Shown here: positions 36,369 through 45,471 of the stretch, piece after piece
How the letters are laid out: each line of letters starts with the position of its first letter
Numbering within the stretch: the first letter of the stretch is position 1
NCBI GenBank assembly: GCA_039000725.1
Contig: JAWBNO010000001.1
Location: 23,616 to 87,615, forward strand
Direction of reading: 5' to 3'
Length of the DNA: 64,000 nt
From: Candidatus Aenigmatarchaeota archaeon
GTDB lineage: Archaea > Aenigmatarchaeota > Aenigmatarchaeia > CG10238-14 > SpSt-28
Notes under the pieces: generated by a model
Told to the model about the DNA's origin: nothing
Databases searched by the model: none
Seen by the model: only the letters and a program-made list of their open reading frames with translations
Translations under genes and position numbers: made by a program

Positions 36369-37664
36369 TTATATTAGTATTTCTGACTCCCTTAATCTTG
36401 GAAATGGTAAAGTATCTCTTATATGATCTAACTTACAAATCCACATTAACATTCTTTCTATTCCTAAACCAAATCCGCTATGAGGCACTGAACCATATTT
36501 TCTCAAATCCAAATACCATTCGTAATTTTCTAAGGGTAAATTCCACTCTATTATTTTATTCTTTAAAATTTCATAATTATCTTCTCTTTGACTTCCCCCT
36601 ATTATTTCTCCATAACCTTCATTAGCCAACAAATCAAAATTTTCAACAGTTTTTCCATTTCCACTTTCCTTCATGTAAAAAGCCTTTAGTTTCCTTGGAT
36701 AATGAGTTACAAAGATAGGAACATCAAAATCTAATGTTAATATTCTTTCCTCGTCTGCACCTAAATCATCACCATAATTTATACTTAAACCTTTATTTTT
36801 CAAAATCTCTATAGCTTTTTCATATGTTATCTTCTTAAATGGTCTGTTCAAATAATCCTCTAATGTTTTAACATCTCTTCTCAAAAATTCTAATTCTTTC
36901 TTATTTTTTTCCACAACTTTAGAAATACCATACTTTATCATTTCTTCCGCATCCTTCATTATATCATTTAAATCATACCAAGCACTTTCTATTTCCAAAT
37001 GCCAATATTCATGTAAATGTCTTCTTGTTCTAGATTTCTCGGCTCTAAAGCTGGGAGCTAGACAAAAAACTTTTTCTAGAGAATAAATCAAAGCTTCTAA
37101 ATATAGTTGAGAACTTTGTGTTAGATATGCTTTTTTATCAAAATAATTTAATTCAAAAAGAGTTTGAACTTCCTCTACAGCAACAGGAATTATTATAGGT
37201 GGATTTACTTCCACATATTCATTACTTAAAAGCCATTCTCTTAATGCATCTATTAAAGTAGATTTAACCTTTAGTATAGCATTAAACTTTCTACTTCTTA
37301 TCCAAAGGTGCCTATATTTCATTATAGTTTGTACTTCTTCTCTTCCATGTAGAGGAAACTTTAAACCTTTATCAAAAATTTTATAACTTTTAACTTCAAT
37401 TTCTTTACCCTTAGGTGCTCTAGGATCCTTTCTGACTATTCCATTAACTTCTATCGATCCTTCAATTTGTAATTCTAAAAGCTCTTTCCATTGAGCATCA
37501 TTAAAATTTTCTCTTGAAAAAACACACTGTATTATATCATCTTTATCCCTTAAAACGACAAATATTTTTTCTTTCAATTCTCTCCTTCTATAAATCCATC
37601 CCTTTATAGATACTTCATCTAGATCTTTCTCAAAAACTTCTTTTATTCCAACCATACTAATCAT
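36369..37664 (-). CDS. asnS: Asparaginyl-tRNA synthetase
   Basis: N-terminal OB fold, class II motifs FRAEKSRTRRHLHEYWHLEIESAW and GFGLGIERMLMW...IRDTLPFPR. The motif 2 context fits AsnRS better than archaeal AspRS. Confidence 0.75.
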   Translation of the reverse strand: MISMVGIKEVFEKDLDEVSIKGWIYRRRELKEKIFVVLRDKDDIIQCVFSRENFNDAQWKELLELQIEGSIEVNGIVRKDPRAPKGKEIEVKSYKIFDKGLKFPLHGREEVQTIMKYRHLWIRSRKFNAILKVKSTLIDALREWLLSNEYVEVNPPIIIPVAVEEVQTLFELNYFDKKAYLTQSSQLYLEALIYSLEKVFCLAPSFRAEKSRTRRHLHEYWHLEIESAWYDLNDIMKDAEEMIKYGISKVVEKNKKELEFLRRDVKTLEDYLNRPFKKITYEKAIEILKNKGLSINYGDDLGADEERILTLDFDVPIFVTHYPRKLKAFYMKESGNGKTVENFDLLANEGYGEIIGGSQREDNYEILKNKIIEWNLPLENYEWYLDLRKYGSVPHSGFGLGIERMLMWICKLDHIRDTLPFPRLRESEILI

Positions 37665-37690
37665 TAGTTTTCAAAAATATATATTTAAGT

Positions 37691-38605
37691 TTAAAGACCA
37701 CCTACAAATCCTGGTTTTCTAACAAAAAGCTGCACGTCATAAACCGTTTTTCTACTAGTTACCCATCTAACTAATCTTTCTAATCCTATACCGCCACCTG
37801 CGGAAGGGACTAATTTCTTTTTTTTAGCTAAATCCAAAAGTAAAGTATATTTTTCTTTACTTATATTGTCTCTTTCCATCTTAAAAACAATTTTTTCGTA
37901 TTCATATTCTCTTTCTCCACCAGATAAAACTTCTCCATATCCATTTGGTAAAATTAAATCATAATTTTTCCATTTTCCAGTTTTAAAATCCTCAAAATCG
38001 TAAAAGTATCTAGGTATGTTTATAACCCAAAAAGGTTGTTTAGATTCATAAGAAATTCTTTCTTCCCAATCTTTACCAAATTCTTTTTCTAATTCTTCTC
38101 TATCATAGACTTTAAAAGGAATTTTTATTTTAGGTGGACTAACTCCAAGCATTTTGAATTCATTTTTACATTTTTTTGAAACATATTTTATAGAAGAATA
38201 CAAGAGCTTTTCTACTAATTTAAGCACATCTTCCATTTTTCCTTCTTTTATTTCAAAATCTATCTGAATGAACTCATAAGCATGCCTTCCTGTAGAAATT
38301 CTTTCTTTTTTTTCTAATCTTATATTTGGGGATATAACAAAAATTTTATCATAGCCCGAAGAAACTAGAATTCTCTTATGTATTATCATACTTTGCATTA
38401 AAACTGCTTTTTCTCCATAAATTTCAAATAAAATTTGTCCTTCTATACCAAAATTTGGATCTGGCCATAGAGGATCTGTGCACTTTGTTGTTACAACTGG
38501 TGTTATCCAAAAAAATCCTTGATCAATTAAACTCTTAACTATTTTATAAACTAAATGAGTCTGAATACTGATTATTTCTTTCTTTGATGCTAACTCTTCT
38601 ATCAT
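37691..38605 (-). CDS. AsnRS-like asparagine synthetase A (class II core without an anticodon-binding domain)
   Basis: 304-aa class II aaRS catalytic-core paralog (RHAYEFIQIDFE, GGGIGLERLV) lacking the N-terminal OB domain. This resembles the archaeal AsnA-type enzymes described in Pyrococcus. Confidence 0.6.
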   Translation of the reverse strand: MIEELASKKEIISIQTHLVYKIVKSLIDQGFFWITPVVTTKCTDPLWPDPNFGIEGQILFEIYGEKAVLMQSMIIHKRILVSSGYDKIFVISPNIRLEKKERISTGRHAYEFIQIDFEIKEGKMEDVLKLVEKLLYSSIKYVSKKCKNEFKMLGVSPPKIKIPFKVYDREELEKEFGKDWEERISYESKQPFWVINIPRYFYDFEDFKTGKWKNYDLILPNGYGEVLSGGEREYEYEKIVFKMERDNISKEKYTLLLDLAKKKKLVPSAGGGIGLERLVRWVTSRKTVYDVQLFVRKPGFVGGL

Positions 38606-38650
38606 CTTTTTTAATTGGAATTATATGCTTATTAATCTTTATTACTATTT

Positions 38651-38669
38651 TTTTGAAAATTTTTCAAAA
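38651..38669. promoter_or_regulatory. Perfect palindrome TTTTGAAAA-T-TTTTCAAAA between the asnA-like gene and the Lrp/AsnC gene; candidate Lrp-family operator
   Basis: Read directly from the sequence. The core TGAAAATTTTTCA (38654-38666) fits the TGAAAWWWTTTCA-type site that I recall for a Pyrococcus Lrp/AsnC (FFRP) regulator. Confidence 0.5.
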
Positions 38670-38708
38670 AATATACAATTTATATAATAAAAAATTGAAA
38701 AAAATTCA

Positions 38709-39161
38709 ATGGATGATGTAGATAAAATAATAATAAATGAATTACAAAAAAACTGTAAAATAACTACAAAAAAACTAGCGAGAAAATTAAATCTACCAAT
38801 ATCTACAGTTTTTACTAGAATAAAAAATTTAGAAAGGCAAGGAATAATAAAAGAATATAAAGCAATTCTAGATGCTAAAAAGTTAAATAAATCTACAACA
38901 GCATTTATTTTACTATCTTACGACCCTTCATATAAAATATCTCAAGAAAAAGTTGCAAAAAAACTTTCCTTAATACCGAATGTTCAAGAAGTTCATATAA
39001 TAACTGGAGAATGGGACATTCTAATTAAGATAAAAAGTGAGAACGTAGAAGAATTAGGAAGGATTATACTTAATAAAATAAGAGAAATAGAAGGAATAGA
39101 AAAATCTTATTCTTTAATAGTTTTAAAAACTATAAAAGAAACTACAGAAATTCAAATTTAG
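38709..39161 (+). CDS. Lrp/AsnC-family transcriptional regulator
   Basis: 150 aa with an N-terminal HTH (DKIIINELQKNCKITTKKLARKLNLPISTVFTRIKNLERQGIIK) and a C-terminal RAM-like domain. Confidence 0.85.
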   Translation: MDDVDKIIINELQKNCKITTKKLARKLNLPISTVFTRIKNLERQGIIKEYKAILDAKKLNKSTTAFILLSYDPSYKISQEKVAKKLSLIPNVQEVHIITGEWDILIKIKSENVEELGRIILNKIREIEGIEKSYSLIVLKTIKETTEIQI

Positions 39162-39190
39162 TCTTATTTAAGTATAAAACAAATAATTTA

Positions 39191-39571
39191 ATGTTTAGCA
39201 TAAAAGAAAAAATTTTAATATTGTTTATTTTGACAATAACCCTTATTATGATTGTTTTTCAACAGAATAAAAGATTAGAAACTCTCGAAGTTTTAAATTG
39301 TGAAATATCTAAAAAGAGTTTTAAAAGTTTCTACAAATTTGATGAAAAACAAAATATAATATACGGAATAATAATATCAAATTGTGGAATAAAAAAATAT
39401 GATTTGATAATTGAAAAAAATTATTACATAATAAAAGAAATTGGAGGATATGAAGATTTATTGAGATGTATCTGTGAAAGAGAATTCAGAATATATAATG
39501 CAAAAAATTATCCTATATATCATCTACCCTTTGGAGAAAATGAGCCAAAACTATTAGAAAAATTAGATTAA
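39191..39571 (+). CDS. Hypothetical small membrane-anchored Cys-containing protein
   Basis: 126-aa ORF with an N-terminal TM helix. No recognisable family. Confidence 0.35.
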   Translation: MFSIKEKILILFILTITLIMIVFQQNKRLETLEVLNCEISKKSFKSFYKFDEKQNIIYGIIISNCGIKKYDLIIEKNYYIIKEIGGYEDLLRCICEREFRIYNAKNYPIYHLPFGENEPKLLEKLD

Positions 39572-39578
39572 TTTAAAT

Positions 39579-39899
39579 TTAACCTATGAGCTTTATTTCA
39601 ACATGAATATCTTGTGGTATACCAATTCTTAAAATTTGCTTTAAAGTTCTTTCATCAGCCTGTACATCAACTAATCTTTTATGTATTCTCATCTCAAATT
39701 TATCGTAAGTAGCATTTCCATGACCAGTACCATCACCACAAGGTGTTTTTAAAGTAGTTATTCTTAGTTTTTTGGTTGGCAAGGGAATTGGTCCCCTATA
39801 GCTTACACCAAACCTTTTTGCCACTTCAATAATTTCTCTAGCTATTTCATCTAACTTCTTTGGGTCCCTTCCAACTAGCTTTATTCTAGCAACCTGCAT
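39579..39899 (-). CDS. rps10: 30S ribosomal protein S10 (uS10)
   Basis: 106 aa, reading MQVARIKLVG...YRGPIPLPTKKLRITTLKTPCGDGT...FEMRIHKRLVDV. Confidence 0.9.
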   Translation of the reverse strand: MQVARIKLVGRDPKKLDEIAREIIEVAKRFGVSYRGPIPLPTKKLRITTLKTPCGDGTGHGNATYDKFEMRIHKRLVDVQADERTLKQILRIGIPQDIHVEIKLIG

Positions 39900-39953
39900 T
39901 TTCCTCTACCTATCAAATAATTCTATAATTGATTTTAAAAACTTAAAAATATT

Positions 39954-40718
39954 TTAAGAAAATTTTTCCTTCATATATTCAATATCTAATTTTTCAGAGA
40001 AAAACGCCCTTATAAATTCCTCACTTGGTATAGAGTTATTTTTAATTATTAGAACTCTATCACAATACCAAATTTTTGGATTCCCTGAAAACCAAATATT
40101 ATCATTATCGATAGCTTCTTGAGTTTCATTGAATATAACTTTTTTAATAATATTTATCTCACATATTCCATCAGATTGGATAAAGTATGAATATAAGTTT
40201 TGTAATATTGGCAAATCTCCAATTAAGGTTAAATCATTATTAAAATATATTTGTGGTATTCCTGCAAACTTAAAATCTTTTCTTATATTGTTAATATACC
40301 AATCCATTGTTTTAGCTCCATCTTTGCTTTTATAAACTTCATACTCTATTACTATTAACTCATTGTTAGGAATAAATCTATAGAAAAGATATGGATCTAC
40401 CTTAGCACAGTGTGGACATCCTATTCCAGTAAAGTATATTGCACAAGATTTTGGCTTTTTACAACTCGAATTTAATTCTATATTAGTATCACAATATATT
40501 GGATTGTACAAAATTTTTCCATAAGTAGTATCTAAATAGTTCTTGAAACATATCTTTCCGTCATATTCACAAATTCCTAAATCTTTCCTACAAGAAAATT
40601 GAATATAGTTAGTAACAATATCCTTATTTTCATTATATGGTAAAAATTCTATAACAAAAAATACCAACAAAAAAATTATAAAGACCAAAATTATGAATAA
40701 AAAATTTTTATTTTTCAT
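39954..40718 (-). CDS. Membrane-anchored extracytoplasmic thioredoxin-fold protein with a CPHC (DsbA-type) active site
   Basis: N-terminal TM anchor, a Cys-rich segment, then YFTGIGCPHCAKVDP. The SD GAGGTGA lies 5 nt upstream of the ATG. Confidence 0.55.
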   Translation of the reverse strand: MKNKNFLFIILVFIIFLLVFFVIEFLPYNENKDIVTNYIQFSCRKDLGICEYDGKICFKNYLDTTYGKILYNPIYCDTNIELNSSCKKPKSCAIYFTGIGCPHCAKVDPYLFYRFIPNNELIVIEYEVYKSKDGAKTMDWYINNIRKDFKFAGIPQIYFNNDLTLIGDLPILQNLYSYFIQSDGICEINIIKKVIFNETQEAIDNDNIWFSGNPKIWYCDRVLIIKNNSIPSEEFIRAFFSEKLDIEYMKEKFS

Positions 40719-40722
40719 CTAC

Positions 40723-41571
40723 TCACCTCATGTATAACCAAATAAATAAAGCTAAAAATATCATTGCAATTCCACCTATAATTCTCATTTTATTTCTATG
40801 TTTTCTATAGATTTTTTCATAAATATTTTTAGGTTCCGATCCTTTCATTAAAAGTAAAACTATTAAAATTTCTGGTAAAATAAAAATAGTGTTGTAATAT
40901 CCTAGTATTAAAATTATTTCATACAATTTAGCTTTCAAAGAGTGTAAGAAACTTATAACTCCAACATAAAATAGACCTGTGCAAGGAAACTCTACTAATG
41001 TTACAATAATTGCTAAAAATACTGTTGCTGTTACTGTTGTAAATTTTAATAATCTATCTATTGTTGGTTTAAACCTTTTTGGTATTGAAAAAATAGATTC
41101 CTTAGATAAAATTCCGTCTCTGATATTTATTATCCCTGCTATAACTAATAATAAAACCAAGAAAATTTTGATAAAATTAAATAGATTGCTTGCAATTGCT
41201 GCTAAATAAATTAAAGATAGGCCAAAATACATAAGAAGACCTAAAATAAAATATGTAAAAAATATAGTAAGAGTAAATATGGTTGCTCTAATTATTATTT
41301 CTTTTCTCTCTATTTTCATAGATGCTAAAGTTGCTATCATTATCACTAATAAAGAAATTATACATGGATTTATCGAATCGGCTAAAGAAAAGAATGTTAA
41401 AACAAATATGAATTTAAAAAATGAAAATTGAGTATCTATTTTCAACTCTTCTATTTTAACAATTTTAAGATTTGTTAAAAAAATGAATAGAAAAATTAAC
41501 AAAATTATAAGTAAAATAAAAATGCTCTTTAGTTCTATTTTTATTTTGTTTTTTAATTTCAGCCCTATCAC
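40723..41571 (-). CDS. Polytopic membrane protein, CcdA/DsbD-like, with one Cys in each of two TM segments
   Basis: Multi-TM ORF with ADSINPCIISLL and VEFPCTGLFYV, resembling the paired TM cysteine motifs of the CcdA/DsbD_2 family. GTG start. It overlaps the upstream gene by 4 nt and ends 4 nt before the downstream gene. Confidence 0.45.
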   Translation of the reverse strand: MIGLKLKNKIKIELKSIFILLIILLIFLFIFLTNLKIVKIEELKIDTQFSFFKFIFVLTFFSLADSINPCIISLLVIMIATLASMKIERKEIIIRATIFTLTIFFTYFILGLLMYFGLSLIYLAAIASNLFNFIKIFLVLLLVIAGIINIRDGILSKESIFSIPKRFKPTIDRLLKFTTVTATVFLAIIVTLVEFPCTGLFYVGVISFLHSLKAKLYEIILILGYYNTIFILPEILIVLLLMKGSEPKNIYEKIYRKHRNKMRIIGGIAMIFLALFIWLYMR

Positions 41572-42290
41572 CTCAAATGCTTAATAATTAATTCAGATAT
41601 ATCTAAAACTTTTATTTTTTTAAATTGCGAAAGAGCAGCTACACACATAGGACATGAACTAACCAAAATTTTTGCCTTAATATCCAATGCTTGCTTTATT
41701 CTATCTTTGGCTATTTCTTTTGAAAGCTGCGGATAATTAGCTCTTAAGCCTCCACCACCTCCACAACAAAGAGATCTATCTTTATTTTCTTCCATTTCGA
41801 TAAGTTTGTAACCTAAATATTCAATTAATTTTCTTGGCTCTTCATATATTCCTAAATACCTTCCCAAATAGCATGGATCATGATAAGTAACTATGCCCTT
41901 ACCATTTCTTATTAAATTTAATCTTTTGCTTTCAACAGCATTCCAAATTGTTTGAACTAAATGCTCACACTCTATACTCCAATCTGCAAACAATTTAGGA
42001 TACTCTTTTTTGAATACAAAACAACAAGCTGGACAATTAAATAAGATTTTTCCGACATTGTATCTTTTCAAAATTTCATAATTTTTTCTGGCTAACATTT
42101 TGAATTGTTGAATATATCCAGCATTTTTTACAGGAGAACCACAGCAAACTAATTCATCAATCTCTATAAATCTAATACCTATTTTTTTCATAATTTTCTC
42201 ATAATTTTCTTTCAAATTATTATAAACAAATTTAGTTAAACAGCCAGGATAATATAAAGTGTTTTTACCCAACAATTTTTCTAAAAACAT
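41568..42290 (-). CDS. CCG-domain Fe-S oxidoreductase (LutA/HdrB/GlpC-like)
   Basis: Two cysteine-rich CCG-type motifs: VCCGSP...CPACC and SLCCGGGGG...CPMC. The preferred start is the ATG at 42290 with AGGTGA upstream; the track lists a TTG at 42305. Confidence 0.65.
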   Translation of the reverse strand: MFLEKLLGKNTLYYPGCLTKFVYNNLKENYEKIMKKIGIRFIEIDELVCCGSPVKNAGYIQQFKMLARKNYEILKRYNVGKILFNCPACCFVFKKEYPKLFADWSIECEHLVQTIWNAVESKRLNLIRNGKGIVTYHDPCYLGRYLGIYEEPRKLIEYLGYKLIEMEENKDRSLCCGGGGGLRANYPQLSKEIAKDRIKQALDIKAKILVSSCPMCVAALSQFKKIKVLDISELIIKHLR

Positions 42291-42298
42291 ATAATCAC

Positions 42299-43573
42299 CT
42301 AGCAACAGTATAATTTTTCTGGTAATATTTTTTTATCACCACTACTTCCAAAAGGATTTCCAAAAGCTTCTATATTTTCAATCATTTCCATGTTCGATTT
42401 TGTTTCAAGTCTATTTTTAACTGAAATTTCTCTCAATCTTACTATTAAATTTGGTACATCTATTGAAAGAGGACATACATCTTTACAAGAAGAGCATGTT
42501 GTACAAAAATATAGGCCTGAATTATAAGCTTGCCCTATTCCCTCTAAAACAAAAGTTTTACTTATTCCAATTCCACCAAAGTAATTTTTTCCATAATAAT
42601 CAAAAATTTGTCTATAAACTGGGCAAGAATATAAACATGCCCCGCAATTAATACAATACAATACTTCTTTTAAGTCTGTTTTAGAAATCTTAAGCCTATT
42701 ATTATCAACTAAAATTAAATAAACCTCTTTTGCACCATGCATTCCGTATACTATTTTTTTTTCTATATCTGCAGTTTTACTAGGAGATGAAATTACGTTT
42801 ATATAAGAAACTGCAGATGTTCCAGTTCCGTATATTGCTAAAATTTTTGAAAAAAACATAGCTTCTTCTAGATTGTTTAATATTTTATCTACTGTAGAAA
42901 CTATTACATGATATTTTGGAATTCTTGATAATAAAGAGATATTGCCCTCATTTTCAACTATTACCACACTACCGTCTGAAGTTATAAAATTAGCTCCAGT
43001 TAAACCATATTTAGAAGCTAATATTTTACTTCTTAGATATTTACTAACAAACTTAACTATATCTTCAGGTCTTTTTCTCAAATTTATTCCAAACTTTTTT
43101 CTTATAACATTAACTATTTTATCTATAGATAAATGCAAAGCTGGAGTTACAGGATGTGTAGCCTTTTCTCCACAAATTTGTAATATAAAATCCCCACAAT
43201 CTGTTTCTATAATTTTATTTCTTTTTGAAAATGCTTCCTCAAATCCTATCTCCTTAATAACATTAGATTTACTTTTAACAATAACCTCTCCTTCTGGAAT
43301 TATTTTCTTTAGAATTTTTATTGCGTCTTTTGAATTTTTAGCAAAAAACGTTTTTATTCCATTTTTTTCCAAATTTTCTAAGGTAATATCAACTAAATTA
43401 TCCAAATTTTCAATACATTTTTCTTTTATTTTTCTAGCTCTCTCTTTTAGTTCTTTCAAATTTATATTTTTGAGAGCCTCACTTCTATTTAAATAATATC
43501 TTCTATAAGCAATTTTAAAAGCTTTTTTTGAATCAGCAATCCTTTTTTCTTTAATTATTTTCTCAATTTCCAT
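42299..43573 (-). CDS. LUD-domain plus 2x[4Fe-4S] ferredoxin-domain protein (LutB-like)
   Basis: Cys clusters CINCGACLYSCPV and CTTCSSCKDVCPL follow a ~300-aa LUD/DUF162-like N-terminal region. Confidence 0.6.
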   Translation of the reverse strand: MEIEKIIKEKRIADSKKAFKIAYRRYYLNRSEALKNINLKELKERARKIKEKCIENLDNLVDITLENLEKNGIKTFFAKNSKDAIKILKKIIPEGEVIVKSKSNVIKEIGFEEAFSKRNKIIETDCGDFILQICGEKATHPVTPALHLSIDKIVNVIRKKFGINLRKRPEDIVKFVSKYLRSKILASKYGLTGANFITSDGSVVIVENEGNISLLSRIPKYHVIVSTVDKILNNLEEAMFFSKILAIYGTGTSAVSYINVISSPSKTADIEKKIVYGMHGAKEVYLILVDNNRLKISKTDLKEVLYCINCGACLYSCPVYRQIFDYYGKNYFGGIGISKTFVLEGIGQAYNSGLYFCTTCSSCKDVCPLSIDVPNLIVRLREISVKNRLETKSNMEMIENIEAFGNPFGSSGDKKILPEKLYCC

Positions 43574-43584
43574 AAAAGAAGTTG

Positions 43585-43630
43585 GTTGAAACCTTATTTA
43601 AACTTTGGTTACATTTTTTGAAACCTTATT
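43585..43630. promoter_or_regulatory. Two perfect 14-bp direct repeats TTGAAACCTTATTT, 32 bp apart, in a divergent promoter region
   Basis: The copies are at 43585-43598 and 43617-43630, between the LutB-like gene (minus strand) and the membrane wHTH regulator gene (plus strand). Confidence 0.45.
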
Positions 43631-43650
43631 TTTATAAAAAAAATTAATTT

Positions 43651-44103
43651 ATGGAAAGAAAAATAGTCGTAATATCTATAATAATAAGTCTTTTTGTATT
43701 TTCCGTATCTTTAGCTACATTATATGCTCAAATAAGAATTATAGAAGCTAATGCCTATACTTGCCTATTTGCAGTTCCCGCATTAATTCCTCTATTTTCT
43801 TCTTTCGGTGTTTTAATAGGTTTACTAGTTTATTATATATTAGCGCCAAAAATTGAAGGAATGGCAAAAAAGAAAATTTTTACAATTTTAGATCTTTTAG
43901 AACCAAAAGAAAGAGATGTTATAAAAATGATTATTGAAAATAATGGCGAAATTTCACAAGCGAAAATATCTTCTGTTCTAGGAAAGGTTGAAAGTCATAG
44001 AATTATTCAAAAATTAATTTTAAGGGGAATTTTAGAAAAAATCAAAGAAGGAAAAACGAATAAAATCAAATTAAAAGAAAAATTTAAAGATATTATAAAA
44101 TGA
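43651..44103 (+). CDS. Membrane-anchored (2 TM) winged-helix transcriptional regulator
   Basis: Two N-terminal hydrophobic helices are followed by LEPKERDVIKMIIENNGEISQAKISSVLGKVESHRIIQKLILRGILEK (wHTH). Confidence 0.5.
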   Translation: MERKIVVISIIISLFVFSVSLATLYAQIRIIEANAYTCLFAVPALIPLFSSFGVLIGLLVYYILAPKIEGMAKKKIFTILDLLEPKERDVIKMIIENNGEISQAKISSVLGKVESHRIIQKLILRGILEKIKEGKTNKIKLKEKFKDIIK

Positions 44104-44127
44104 AAAGAAAAGTAGTTGATATTATTA

Positions 44128-45399
<1,272 letters not shown>

Positions 45400-45471
45400 C
45401 TTTCATCCCTCCTTCTTAAATTTTTGTTTTATTACTTAAATACTTAATATCATACTATAAATTTAAATTTT

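Noticed and set aside
41568-43573. Annotating the two Fe-S genes simply as lactate utilisation proteins LutA/LutB
   Set aside because: No LutC or lactate permease gene is present. The genes are instead tightly packed with, and partly overlap, a CcdA-like membrane protein gene and a CPHC thioredoxin-fold protein gene. The family resemblance is kept but the lactate function is not assumed.
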